DNA of 64,000 nucleotides from an uncultured Clostridium sp. (lineage in GTDB: Bacteria > Bacillota > Clostridia > Clostridiales > Clostridiaceae), in NCBI GenBank assembly GCA_900548455.1, contig URKQ01000007.1:34050-98049 (forward strand). The letters run 5' to 3'. Under the pieces are notes generated by a model. It was given only the letters and a program-made list of their open reading frames with translations, had not been told where the DNA came from and searched no databases. How positions within the stretch are numbered: the stretch's first letter is position 1; each line of letters opens with the position of its first letter. Shown here one piece after another: positions 8,029 to 17,104 of the stretch. The translations under genes and the position numbers were made by a program.

Positions 8029-10581
8029 TTAGTGTACCTTGTTCCCTATAAATATTGCAATACTATTTATTAATGCAATAATTCCAGAGAAGAATATTAT
8101 TATAGCCCATTGTCCAAAAACTAATGAAGTTGTATGGAAAATAGCTTGAAATACAGGTAAATAAATAACTAACACTAATGCTATTACGGAAATTGCAACT
8201 GCACCTAACAAATACATATTAGTGAATGGATTAATTTCAAATAATGAAAACTTTTCACTTCTACATTCAAAAACGTGAATAAGTTGAGAACATATTAAAG
8301 TTCCAAGGGCTATAGTTCTGCATGTGTCTAAGCCATATCCATAATACTTTCCTACTAAAAATGATAAAACAGTGCATATACCAATCAAAGCACCTCTAAC
8401 TAATATTTTCTCCTTTAATCCTCTTGCAAATACACTTTCACCCTTTTTCCTAGGCTTTTCATACATTATATTCTTATCTGCCGGATCGACACCAAGGGCT
8501 ATTGCTGGCAGTCCATCTGTAACTAAATTAACAAATAATATTTGAATTGGTAGAAGTGGAATCTCAAGATAAAATAATGATGCTAAAAACATAGTGAGAA
8601 CTTCACCTAAGTTACATGATAAAAGATATCTAATAAACTTTCTAATATTATCATATATTACTCTACCTTCTTCAACAGCTGTAACTATAGTAGCAAAATT
8701 ATCATCTAATAGAATCATTGAAGCAGCTTCTTTTGTTACATCAGTGCCAGAAATACCCATGGCAATTCCAATATCTGCTTCCTTAATTGCTGGTGCATCA
8801 TTAACTCCATCACCAGTCATAGCAACAATATTATTATGACTTTTAAATGCTTTAACAATTCTCAATTTATGTTTTGGAGTTACCCTGGCAAAAATTCTAT
8901 AATTATTAATATTTTTATTTAAATCCTTATCACTTAATTTATCTAGTTCAGCTCCCGTAATTACTTCCTTACTTTCATTACATATATTTAACTCTTTACC
9001 TATTGCAAAAGCTGTATTTTTATGGTCCCCAGTAATCATTATTGGTCTAATTCCTGCTACCCTACATTTTAGTACTGCATCCTTAACTTCCTTTCTTGGA
9101 GGGTCAATTATGCCTGCTACACCTACGAAAATCAAATTATTTTCGACCTGATCCCCTTTTATAAGTCCTTCCTCTTTATAAGCTCCTGCAATGCATCTGA
9201 GGGCTCTAAAAGACATGTCATCAATAAGCTTTTCTATATTCCTTCTATATGGAAGTGTTAAAGGTTCAATTCTTCCATTAACTAAAATATAAGAACATCT
9301 CTCTAAAACCCTTTCAGGAGCCCCTTTAACATAGCATGTCTCCTTATTAAACTTCTTATCTCTAACTATTACTGTCATCATCTTTCTTGTTGAATTAAAT
9401 GGGATATCAAAGATTCTATCTACCTTTTCATTAAAAACCTCTACGTCTGATGGTTTACTGAAAAAGCCTTTGATTAATGCAGTCTCTGTTGGATCTCCCA
9501 ATAAAGCTTTATCAATGGAATTAGATTCATAATTGTAGTTACAATCATTGCAATATACAAAGATCTTTTTTAATAATTCATTATCAAAACACTTACCATG
9601 CTCCATATCATTAATTTTTCCATTATATAAAAGAGCTGTAACAGTCATTTTATTCTCTGTTAAGGTACCTGTTTTGTCACTACAAATAATTGATGTACAT
9701 CCTAAAGTTTCTACTGCAGGTAATTTTCTTACTAATGCATTTCTCTTTAACATTCTTGAAACACCAAGAGCCAGTGCAACTGTTACTATTGCAGATAAAC
9801 CTTCTGGAATAGCTGCAACAGCTAAACTTACCCCTGATAAAAACATATCATAAACATTTTCGCCTCTATATATACCCAAAAATGTTACTACAGCACAAAT
9901 AGCTATACAAAGTACCACTAATACTTTTCCAAGAGAATTTAATCTTTCTTTTAAAGGTGATGGCTCATCTTCAATTGAATGTAACATATGAGCTATCTTC
10001 CCCATCTCAGTATTCATTCCAGTACCATAAACTTTTCCTAGACCTTTACCCGTTAATATGATAGTTCCCATATACATAGAACTTTCACTATCTGAAGTAC
10101 TTTTATGAACTCCAACTGATTCTCCTGTTAAAAGAGATTCATCTACCATAAGATTATTTCCCTCAAGATAAATACAATCTGCCGGTATTCTATCACCTGA
10201 CTCTAAAACAACTATGTCTCCTGGAACAAGATAAATTGAATTTATTACTTCAATTTTCCCATTTCTTATTACCTTGGCAGTAGGTGATGAAAGCTTTTTT
10301 AATTGCTCTAAAGACTTTTCTGTTTTATACTCTTGTAAAAACCCTAGCACAGCATTCATTACAACGATAATCAAAATAGTTATAGCATCTGCTTTGTCTC
10401 CCATCACTCCCGAAATTACCGTTGCAACTATAAGAATCCATGTAATTAAATCATTAAACTGACTTAAAAATATTTTTATGGGTGACACTCCTTTTTTATT
10501 ATGAAGCTCATTAAGTCCATGCTCCTTTAGTCTATCTTCAACTTCATTAGTAGATAGCCCCCTATACTCATTAGCCCTCAC
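8029..10581 (-). CDS. Calcium-translocating P-type ATPase (type IIA/YloB-like)
   Basis: LTGES, IPEGL, CSDKTGTLT, KGAPE, MITGDH, MTGDGVNDAPA, NLVTDGLPA. Confidence 0.93.
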   Translation of the reverse strand: MRANEYRGLSTNEVEDRLKEHGLNELHNKKGVSPIKIFLSQFNDLITWILIVATVISGVMGDKADAITILIIVVMNAVLGFLQEYKTEKSLEQLKKLSSPTAKVIRNGKIEVINSIYLVPGDIVVLESGDRIPADCIYLEGNNLMVDESLLTGESVGVHKSTSDSESSMYMGTIILTGKGLGKVYGTGMNTEMGKIAHMLHSIEDEPSPLKERLNSLGKVLVVLCIAICAVVTFLGIYRGENVYDMFLSGVSLAVAAIPEGLSAIVTVALALGVSRMLKRNALVRKLPAVETLGCTSIICSDKTGTLTENKMTVTALLYNGKINDMEHGKCFDNELLKKIFVYCNDCNYNYESNSIDKALLGDPTETALIKGFFSKPSDVEVFNEKVDRIFDIPFNSTRKMMTVIVRDKKFNKETCYVKGAPERVLERCSYILVNGRIEPLTLPYRRNIEKLIDDMSFRALRCIAGAYKEEGLIKGDQVENNLIFVGVAGIIDPPRKEVKDAVLKCRVAGIRPIMITGDHKNTAFAIGKELNICNESKEVITGAELDKLSDKDLNKNINNYRIFARVTPKHKLRIVKAFKSHNNIVAMTGDGVNDAPAIKEADIGIAMGISGTDVTKEAASMILLDDNFATIVTAVEEGRVIYDNIRKFIRYLLSCNLGEVLTMFLASLFYLEIPLLPIQILFVNLVTDGLPAIALGVDPADKNIMYEKPRKKGESVFARGLKEKILVRGALIGICTVLSFLVGKYYGYGLDTCRTIALGTLICSQLIHVFECRSEKFSLFEINPFTNMYLLGAVAISVIALVLVIYLPVFQAIFHTTSLVFGQWAIIIFFSGIIALINSIAIFIGNKVH

Positions 10582-10638
10582 TTTTTTTCCCCCTTTAATT
10601 TTATTTGTTACCGTAGGATTTACGTAATCTTCATTTAA

Positions 10639-10667
10639 AATATATGTAAGAAGTCCTAAGTATATGA
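10639..10667 (-). promoter_or_regulatory. Candidate sigmaE (sporulation)-type promoter for the ATPase
   Basis: Minus strand TCATATA-14 nt-CATATATT. Confidence 0.45.
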
Positions 10668-10676
10668 AAGATTTAC

Positions 10677-10705
10677 TTTACATAATCTAAATAAACCATT
10701 AGAAT
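10677..10705 (+). promoter_or_regulatory. Candidate sigmaA promoter for the pyrophosphatase
   Basis: TTTACA-17 nt-TAGAAT. Confidence 0.5.
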
Positions 10706-10743
10706 ACTATATATAAAAATTTAAGTATAAAGGACGGTTTTTA

Positions 10744-12384
10744 ATGACGAATACAGTTTATATAACAGGACACAGAAACCCTGATTCTGACTCAATATGC
10801 GCGGCGATAGCTTATTCTGAATTCAAAAACAAAACACAAAAGATTAATGCTATTCCAATAAGACTTGGCGAATTGAACCGAGAGACTCAATTTATATTAA
10901 ATTATTTTGGTGTAGAATCACCAAAACTAATCAAAACTGTTAAGCCCCAAATTGCTGATTTAGAAATTGACACAGTAGCACCAATTTCATCAGACATATC
11001 TTTAAAGATGGCTTGGAATTTAATGAAACAAAAAAATATCAAAACACTTCCAGTTATACATCCAAATGAAAAACTGGCTGGTATAGTATCTGTTTCTAAT
11101 CTTGCCTCTAACTACTTAGATATTTGGGACAATTATGTTTTAGCAAAGAGTAACACTAAACTCTCTAATATTGTAGAAACATTATCTGGAAAAATAGTTT
11201 ATACTCCCGAAACAGAACTAGAACTTAAGGGAAAAGTTGTAGTTGCTATGATGGAACCTGGACGTGAAAACTACATTGAAAAAGAAGACATTGCAATATG
11301 TGGTGACCGTGAAGTAGTTCAAGAGTACATCTTGAATTGTAATGCTAGACTAATGATAATAACAAATAATTCAATGCCATCAAAAAAGATAGTTGAATTA
11401 GCAAAATCTAAGGAAGCTACTATTATAACTAGTCCATTTGACTCCTTTACAGCGGCTAGACTAATTCCTCAAAGTATTCCTGTATCATATCTTATGACTA
11501 GACAAAATGTAGTTTCATTTACAACTACAGACTTCATTGAAGATATAAAAGATGTGATGCTTGAAACTAGATATAGAAGTTATCCTGTTCTAGATGATAA
11601 CGGAACCGTTGTTGGTAGTGTTTCTAGATATCATTTAATTTCTCAGGAAAGAAAAAAAGTTATATTAGTTGATCATAATGAAAAATCTCAATCTGTAGAT
11701 GGATTAGAAGATGCTGATATTTTAGAAATCCTTGATCACCACAGAATTGGAGATATTACAACTGGTCAACCTATCTATTTTAGAAATGAACCTGTAGGAA
11801 GTACTTCCACAATAGTGGCTTCAATTTTCTTTGAAAATGGTATTAGACCATCTAAGAAAATAGCTGGTATATTATGTGGTGCAATTACTTCAGATACTCT
11901 TTTATTAAAATCACCTACTACCACTATTGTAGATGAAATTGTTCTAAAAAGATTAGCTGAAATTGCAGATATTAATTTAGAGAAATTTGCAGAAGAAATG
12001 TTTAAAGCTGGGACTTCTTTAGAAGGAAAAACTGCTGAAGACCTATTATATCAAGACTTTAAAATCTTTAACATTGCTCACTTAAAAGTTGGAGTTGCTC
12101 AAATAACCACAACATATATGGATAGCTTTAATCCATTTATCGAAGACTTAAAAACATTGATGGATGAAAGAGCAAAATCTAAAAACTTCGATATGTTAAT
12201 ATTAATGGCTACAGATATATTTAAAAGTTCATCATTATTCATAGTGTCTGGTGAACATACAGAGGTGTTCTCTAAAGCCTTTGACGTAAAACTTAAGAAT
12301 GGTACAGTATACATTAACGGTGTAGTTTCTAGAAAGAAACAAGTAATCCCACCATTAACAGAGATTGCAAGCCAAATGAAATAG
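10744..12384 (+). CDS. ppaC: Mn-dependent family II inorganic pyrophosphatase with CBS-DRTGG insert
   Basis: GHRNPDSDS, LVDHNE, DHHR, EPVGSTST, SDTL, SRKKQ; internal CBS pair. Confidence 0.93.
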   Translation: MTNTVYITGHRNPDSDSICAAIAYSEFKNKTQKINAIPIRLGELNRETQFILNYFGVESPKLIKTVKPQIADLEIDTVAPISSDISLKMAWNLMKQKNIKTLPVIHPNEKLAGIVSVSNLASNYLDIWDNYVLAKSNTKLSNIVETLSGKIVYTPETELELKGKVVVAMMEPGRENYIEKEDIAICGDREVVQEYILNCNARLMIITNNSMPSKKIVELAKSKEATIITSPFDSFTAARLIPQSIPVSYLMTRQNVVSFTTTDFIEDIKDVMLETRYRSYPVLDDNGTVVGSVSRYHLISQERKKVILVDHNEKSQSVDGLEDADILEILDHHRIGDITTGQPIYFRNEPVGSTSTIVASIFFENGIRPSKKIAGILCGAITSDTLLLKSPTTTIVDEIVLKRLAEIADINLEKFAEEMFKAGTSLEGKTAEDLLYQDFKIFNIAHLKVGVAQITTTYMDSFNPFIEDLKTLMDERAKSKNFDMLILMATDIFKSSSLFIVSGEHTEVFSKAFDVKLKNGTVYINGVVSRKKQVIPPLTEIASQMK

Positions 12385-12424
12385 TACCTTAAACTTAAAA
12401 ATTTAAAATTAAGAATTCAAATGT

Positions 12425-12470
12425 AAAAGCTAAGTAGATTTAATTGTAACTTAAAATCTACTTAGCTTTT
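12425..12470. terminator. Bidirectional terminator between convergent genes
   Basis: 17-bp inverted repeat AAAAGCTAAGTAGATTT/AAATCTACTTAGCTTTT. Confidence 0.8.
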
Positions 12471-13249
12471 TAACTGTATCTAACAAAAACTATAATTAAG
12501 AAAATAATATATATAAAAAAGCATATACCATATATTATACTTAAAAAATCTCTTATAGAAACGTCATCAATTTTACTGGAATATACACCATAACTCTTTA
12601 TATAATGAACTCCTTTTTCCTCTATATAATAAAAATTTACAGACTCTATATAGGCTGCAACAATATATACATTTAATAAAGGATTATTAAGTAAATTAGA
12701 AAAATAATCACCCTTAAAGTTAATTTTAAATGTTCTATTTCTTATACAATATATCAAATATAAAATACCACATCCAATTATGGTTGGAATAATGTTCAAA
12801 ATATTTATAAGTACGTTAAAAATATTCATTTCACTATCATTGCTTATCTGATTTATAAAAAAGTATAGTATTCCTCCCCAGTTACCAAATAAACTAATAT
12901 ATAAAAGTGGTCCAATAAATCCACATATGAAAGACTTACTAATTAAAGATAAAGTTCTGTAGAACTTCTTTTTTTGATCCTTCTTCCTCTTTACATCTGA
13001 CTTTTTTTCAACATAATTTATCTCTATAACTAAAAAAGCTATTATTCCATTTACAATCTCATTGTTTTTTATAAAGTAAAAAATTAATACTAATATACTA
13101 ATTGCAATAAGATATAATCCTTGAAGAAAATATTTATTTTTAATCTGTAATTTTAACTTTTTATGGAATTTTCCCCAATACTTTTGCCTATTAAAATTAA
13201 AACATACCATACTTAATAGACATCCCATAATATATCCTATTCCCATCAA
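12470..13249 (-). CDS. Multi-pass membrane protein, possibly distantly CbiB/CobD/AmpE-like
   Basis: Several hydrophobic segments; GFIGPLLY and LNIIPT loosely recall CbiB. Confidence 0.55.
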   Translation of the reverse strand: MMGIGYIMGCLLSMVCFNFNRQKYWGKFHKKLKLQIKNKYFLQGLYLIAISILVLIFYFIKNNEIVNGIIAFLVIEINYVEKKSDVKRKKDQKKKFYRTLSLISKSFICGFIGPLLYISLFGNWGGILYFFINQISNDSEMNIFNVLINILNIIPTIIGCGILYLIYCIRNRTFKINFKGDYFSNLLNNPLLNVYIVAAYIESVNFYYIEEKGVHYIKSYGVYSSKIDDVSIRDFLSIIYGICFFIYIIFLIIVFVRYS

Positions 13250-13311
13250 CTCACCTACGATTACTTATTATACTAATATAAATATATGTTTACTTTGCAA
13301 AAAAAGAAGAA

Positions 13312-13342
13312 GCTGAGACACTAAATTACTTAGTGCCTCAGC
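13312..13342 (-). terminator. Likely terminator of the flagellar operon, beyond mosaic C
   Basis: GCTGAGACACTA/TAGTGCCTCAGC stem followed by TTCTTCTTTTTTT on the minus strand. Confidence 0.7.
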
Positions 13343-13349
13343 CTAATAA

Positions 13350-13945
13350 TAGGGATTCCACAAGAATCCCATCCTTTAGTACCACTTCACACATTACAAT
13401 TCTTGTATTAGTTATATGCGAGAAAAAAACCGAGTTATCATAAACTCCTTAGCATAATAAAATGTCAAAACATATAATATATGACAAAAATTAATTTCAT
13501 AGCTCGTGTAGGCCTCTCCTAATTGGGGTTGAAAGTGACCTGGACCATTCAAGGAGAGATACTCAAAGGGAACCATAGGGTTCCTTTTGAAAAAGCTGAA
13601 TTATCCTAGGCGAATGTATCTGCAGAAGCTCATACTACTTAGAATCCAATGCAAATCTCCACTGCCGTCTTATATTAAATTTATAATTACTTATGATAAA
13701 AGAGATTCCCTCAGGAATCTCCACCTTCAGTAACTCTTACCCCAGTTACAATTCTTATATTAAATAAACTTTGCTACTACCAGATATACCACTACAAGTG
13801 AACTATCTACAGGGCCGCTCCGAACTTCATATAACTTTCAAAACTTAATTATTAGTTTGTTAATATTAATAGATAGAAATTTCATTAAGGGCCGCAGCCC
13901 GTGAACAGTAGTGCGTATATGGTAGTAGCAAAGTTCGCTTATAAA
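13350..13945. repeat. Intergenic mosaic repeat C: H, GCGAG element interrupted by inverted E module, H, complete GCTAC palindrome (13767-13935)
   Basis: Perfect 15-bp arms AACTTTGCTACTACC/GGTAGTAGCAAAGTT; 13505-13597 is a reverse-complement match of 7571-7670. Confidence 0.9.
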
Positions 13946-13959
13946 AATTGCACGCTGTT

Positions 13960-14739
13960 TTACCTTAAATTATTAACCATCTGCCACATTTCATCTGAAG
14001 TCTTTAATGCAGTAGAACTAAGTTGAAATGCTCTTTGAGCAACTATCATGTCAGACATTTCTGTTGCCATATCAACATTAGAATTTTCTAGATAGCTTTG
14101 ATAAATTGTTCTACTAGTTGTTTCTAACGCTTGTGTTCCTTCTGGCAGCACAAATAGATTCTCTCCCACTGATAAAAAGTCATTATCTCCAATTGAAGTG
14201 TATGTCTTAATGCTACCCACTTCAACTAATCTTCCATTAACTTCTTTAGAAACAGTACCATCTTTATCTACTGTAAAATTGCCACCTGCAAAAGAGTTTC
14301 CTGGTACATTTACTTCATTTCCATTACCATCAACTATAGATAGTCTATATCCATTTTTATCAACAATATTGCCTACTGCATCGATTGTAAAATTTCCACT
14401 TCTAGTATAGCATGCTGTACCATCTGATTTATAAACCTTGAACATTCCATCTCCTTCGATGGCTAAATCAGTTGCTAGCCCTGTTTGCTTTAAACTACCT
14501 TGCTTTTGTATTCTAACGGCTGCAGTAGACTTTACACCAGATCCAACATATAAATCTTCCTTATTCTCTCCTGCTGGAATTCCTAATTTATTAAGAGAAT
14601 TTTTATATAAATCTTGAAAGGAAGTAGTTAATCTTTTATATCCATAAGTACCTGAGTTTGCTATATTATTAGAAACCAAATCTAATTTATCCTGTTGAGC
14701 AACCATTGCACTTTTACTTGTATAAAATGAAGTCCTCAT
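13960..14739 (-). CDS. flgG: Flagellar basal-body rod protein FlgG-like
   Basis: NNIAN, TDLAIEGDG, YTRSGNF, LENSNVD. Confidence 0.85.
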   Translation of the reverse strand: MRTSFYTSKSAMVAQQDKLDLVSNNIANSGTYGYKRLTTSFQDLYKNSLNKLGIPAGENKEDLYVGSGVKSTAAVRIQKQGSLKQTGLATDLAIEGDGMFKVYKSDGTACYTRSGNFTIDAVGNIVDKNGYRLSIVDGNGNEVNVPGNSFAGGNFTVDKDGTVSKEVNGRLVEVGSIKTYTSIGDNDFLSVGENLFVLPEGTQALETTSRTIYQSYLENSNVDMATEMSDMIVAQRAFQLSSTALKTSDEMWQMVNNLR

Positions 14740-14764
14740 AAAATATCACCTCTTTATAATTTTA

Positions 14765-14825
14765 CTCTGTATGCATTTACAGTTTAGCATAGCTTGTATA
14801 TACATCACTTTATTTTACTACAGAG
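14765..14825. repeat. Stand-alone 61-bp module D
   Basis: Termini CTCTGTA...TACAGAG; first 19 nt identical to 7531-7549, remainder matches 7690-7732. Confidence 0.8.
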
Positions 14826-14840
14826 CCTTTAATTTAAAAA

Positions 14841-15620
14841 TTACACATTTCCGATTCTATTTACAGCTTTATCTAGAGTTGAATCTAATGTTTTAAGTAC
14901 TGTTGTATTACTTTCAAATCGTCTCATTATACTCATCATATTACTAGTTTCTTCCACAACTCTTACATTAGAACCCTCTAAAGATTCTTGTACAACATAA
15001 GAATTATTCATGTATTGAGGATTTGTACCTTCATATAAATTAAAAGTATATTCTTTTAATGTAGAATAGTTTCCTTCATCATCTTTAGGAAAATTCACAA
15101 CTGCCAACCTTCCAGCATTAGCACCATCTAAAGAAATAGAACCATCTGATCTTGCAGATATGTTAGCATCTCCCACATATAAAGGTGATAAATTACCACC
15201 ATTTAAAGTCATAACTCTATCTCCACTAGTAGTAACTAAATATCCTGCATTATCAATTAGAAAATGACCATCTCTAGTATAGTAATTTTTTGTTCCATTG
15301 CCTTCTTGTCTTTGAACTACAAAGAATCCTTCACCTTGAATTGCAAAGTCTGTTTTTACTCCAGTATTTTTTATTGTTCCTTGGTCATAATTTGTAACTC
15401 TTTCATTTAAGGCTACTCCATTAGACATGGTTCCAATAGTAACTCTATCATTATTTTTATTATCTTTATTTGAAATATAAACTTGATCAAAGCTTTTAGT
15501 AGAAATCAACTGGGATTTATACCCTGTTGTGCTTATGTTGGCTAAGTTGTTAGATACAACATCCTGCTCCGTTTGACATGTTATAATGCCAGAAGCTGCT
15601 GAATACATTCCTCTAATCAT
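14841..15620 (-). CDS. flgF: Flagellar rod protein FlgF/FlgG-like
   Basis: NNLANISTTGYK, DFAIQGEGFF, YTRDGHF, LEGSNV. Confidence 0.8.
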   Translation of the reverse strand: MIRGMYSAASGIITCQTEQDVVSNNLANISTTGYKSQLISTKSFDQVYISNKDNKNNDRVTIGTMSNGVALNERVTNYDQGTIKNTGVKTDFAIQGEGFFVVQRQEGNGTKNYYTRDGHFLIDNAGYLVTTSGDRVMTLNGGNLSPLYVGDANISARSDGSISLDGANAGRLAVVNFPKDDEGNYSTLKEYTFNLYEGTNPQYMNNSYVVQESLEGSNVRVVEETSNMMSIMRRFESNTTVLKTLDSTLDKAVNRIGNV

Positions 15621-15843
15621 TAGATTTATCCTCCCCTATATTTATCTTAATTTCATCTGGATAACTCATTCCTAATTTTTTAGCTTCTATTTCTATCTCA
15701 CCAGCACTCATTTTATTATCAAATTTAATAGGCAAGGTGAAGCATACTGTCATAATTATGCCTAATCCAATTCCAAATAAAATTTTTCTATCACAAAGCA
15801 GGTCAAGTGCTTTTTTTATTTTAGATACAACTCTTTTATTAAT
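15613..15843 (-). CDS. Small membrane protein missing from the ORF track; start uncertain
   Basis: Open frame INKRVVSKIKKALDLLCDRKILFGIGLGIIMTVCFTLPIKFDNKMSAGEIEIEAKKLGMSYPDEIKINIGEDKSND*, filling the gap and overlapping both neighbours. Confidence 0.65.
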   Translation of the reverse strand: MNKRVVSKIKKALDLLCDRKILFGIGLGIIMTVCFTLPIKFDNKMSAGEIEIEAKKLGMSYPDEIKINIGEDKSND

Positions 15844-16343
15844 AAAACCTCACCCTTCCCAATATTAAGCCTTTGTGCTATCTCATCATCCTTTATGCCA
15901 GCGGATAAAAGCTCTTTTACTTCATCAACTTTTAACGAATTAACTTTACTCGTATCCTCCTTTGTTATCTGCTTCTCTACATGGTCAATCGTTTCTACTG
16001 TATCCATGTTTTCCTTTGTATCTTTAGATATATTTAAAGTATCACTTACATTATCGATATTATTAACTAAAGAGTTTAGGTATATTTCATCAGATTCTTC
16101 AACTTTTTCTATTTTTTCTTTTTCTATCTTTTCTTTTTCTTCTCTAAGTTCAGAAATTTCTTTTTGTAATTCAGTTATTGTTACAGCGAATTCACTTCTC
16201 ATTACAATCAACTTTTCATCTACTTCTGTAGTATTACTATCGGCTTCCACTATAGCTCTTTCAAAACTATTGTTTTCTTTCTTTATAGCCTTATAGTTTA
16301 GCCCAATAAGTATGCTACCTATTATTATTAATAAAATATACAT
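15816..16343 (-). CDS. Conserved post-fliA protein (DUF6115-like): N-terminal TM helix, C-terminal HTH-like motif
   Basis: MYILLIIIG TM segment; EIAQRLNIGKGEVLLI. Confidence 0.75.
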   Translation of the reverse strand: MYILLIIIGSILIGLNYKAIKKENNSFERAIVEADSNTTEVDEKLIVMRSEFAVTITELQKEISELREEKEKIEKEKIEKVEESDEIYLNSLVNNIDNVSDTLNISKDTKENMDTVETIDHVEKQITKEDTSKVNSLKVDEVKELLSAGIKDDEIAQRLNIGKGEVLLIKELYLK

Positions 16344-16357
16344 ATTTCACCTATTTT

Positions 16358-17092
16358 CTATTTTAAATCATATTTTAACTTTTCAATTTCTTTGCGCAAA
16401 TTTAAAATAGCTCTGCTATGTAATTGACAGACTCTAGATTCTGATACTGAAAGAACTTCTCCTACTTGTTTTAATGTTAATCCTTCATAATAATATAAAT
16501 TTAAAATCATTCTATCTCTTTCTTTTAAATTATCTAGCGCTCTTCTTAAATATTCTAATTTTTCCTTTTCTTCTAAATTCTTTTGAGGTGAGGGACTTGC
16601 AGTGTCCTCAATAGAGTTTAGAAGAGACATATCTTCATCTTCACCATAGAGAATAGTTTCTAGAGACATCATAGATATATAATTAACATATCCTTGAATA
16701 TCATTTAGTTCTTTCATAGATACACCCATCCTCTGTGAAATCTCTTCATCACTTGGTTCCCTTAACAATTTACTTTGTAATTCTTCAACAACCTTATTAT
16801 ACCTATTTAACTTATCTATGGCTCTCTTAGATATGGGACTATTTTTTCTTATTTCATCTATGATACTTCCATTAATCCTAATGGCAGCATAGGTAGAGAA
16901 TTTCATTCCTTTTGTGTCATCATATTTATTGATAGCGTCCATAAGTCCTATCATTCCATAGCTTATTAAATCTTCATACTCTAAGTATTTACTTTTTCCA
17001 ACAATGACCTTAGAAGCAATATACTTTACAAGGGGTATATTTTTCTTAATCAATTCTTCTCTAACATCTAAATCATAAGCTGCTACTGACAC
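16358..17092 (-). CDS. fliA: Flagellar sigma factor FliA/SigD
   Basis: DLISYGMIGLMDAI, KFSTYA, GLTLKQVGEVLSVSESRVCQLH. Confidence 0.95.
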   Translation of the reverse strand: MSVAAYDLDVREELIKKNIPLVKYIASKVIVGKSKYLEYEDLISYGMIGLMDAINKYDDTKGMKFSTYAAIRINGSIIDEIRKNSPISKRAIDKLNRYNKVVEELQSKLLREPSDEEISQRMGVSMKELNDIQGYVNYISMMSLETILYGEDEDMSLLNSIEDTASPSPQKNLEEKEKLEYLRRALDNLKERDRMILNLYYYEGLTLKQVGEVLSVSESRVCQLHSRAILNLRKEIEKLKYDLK

Positions 17093-17104
17093 ATTATTCC
17101 CTCC

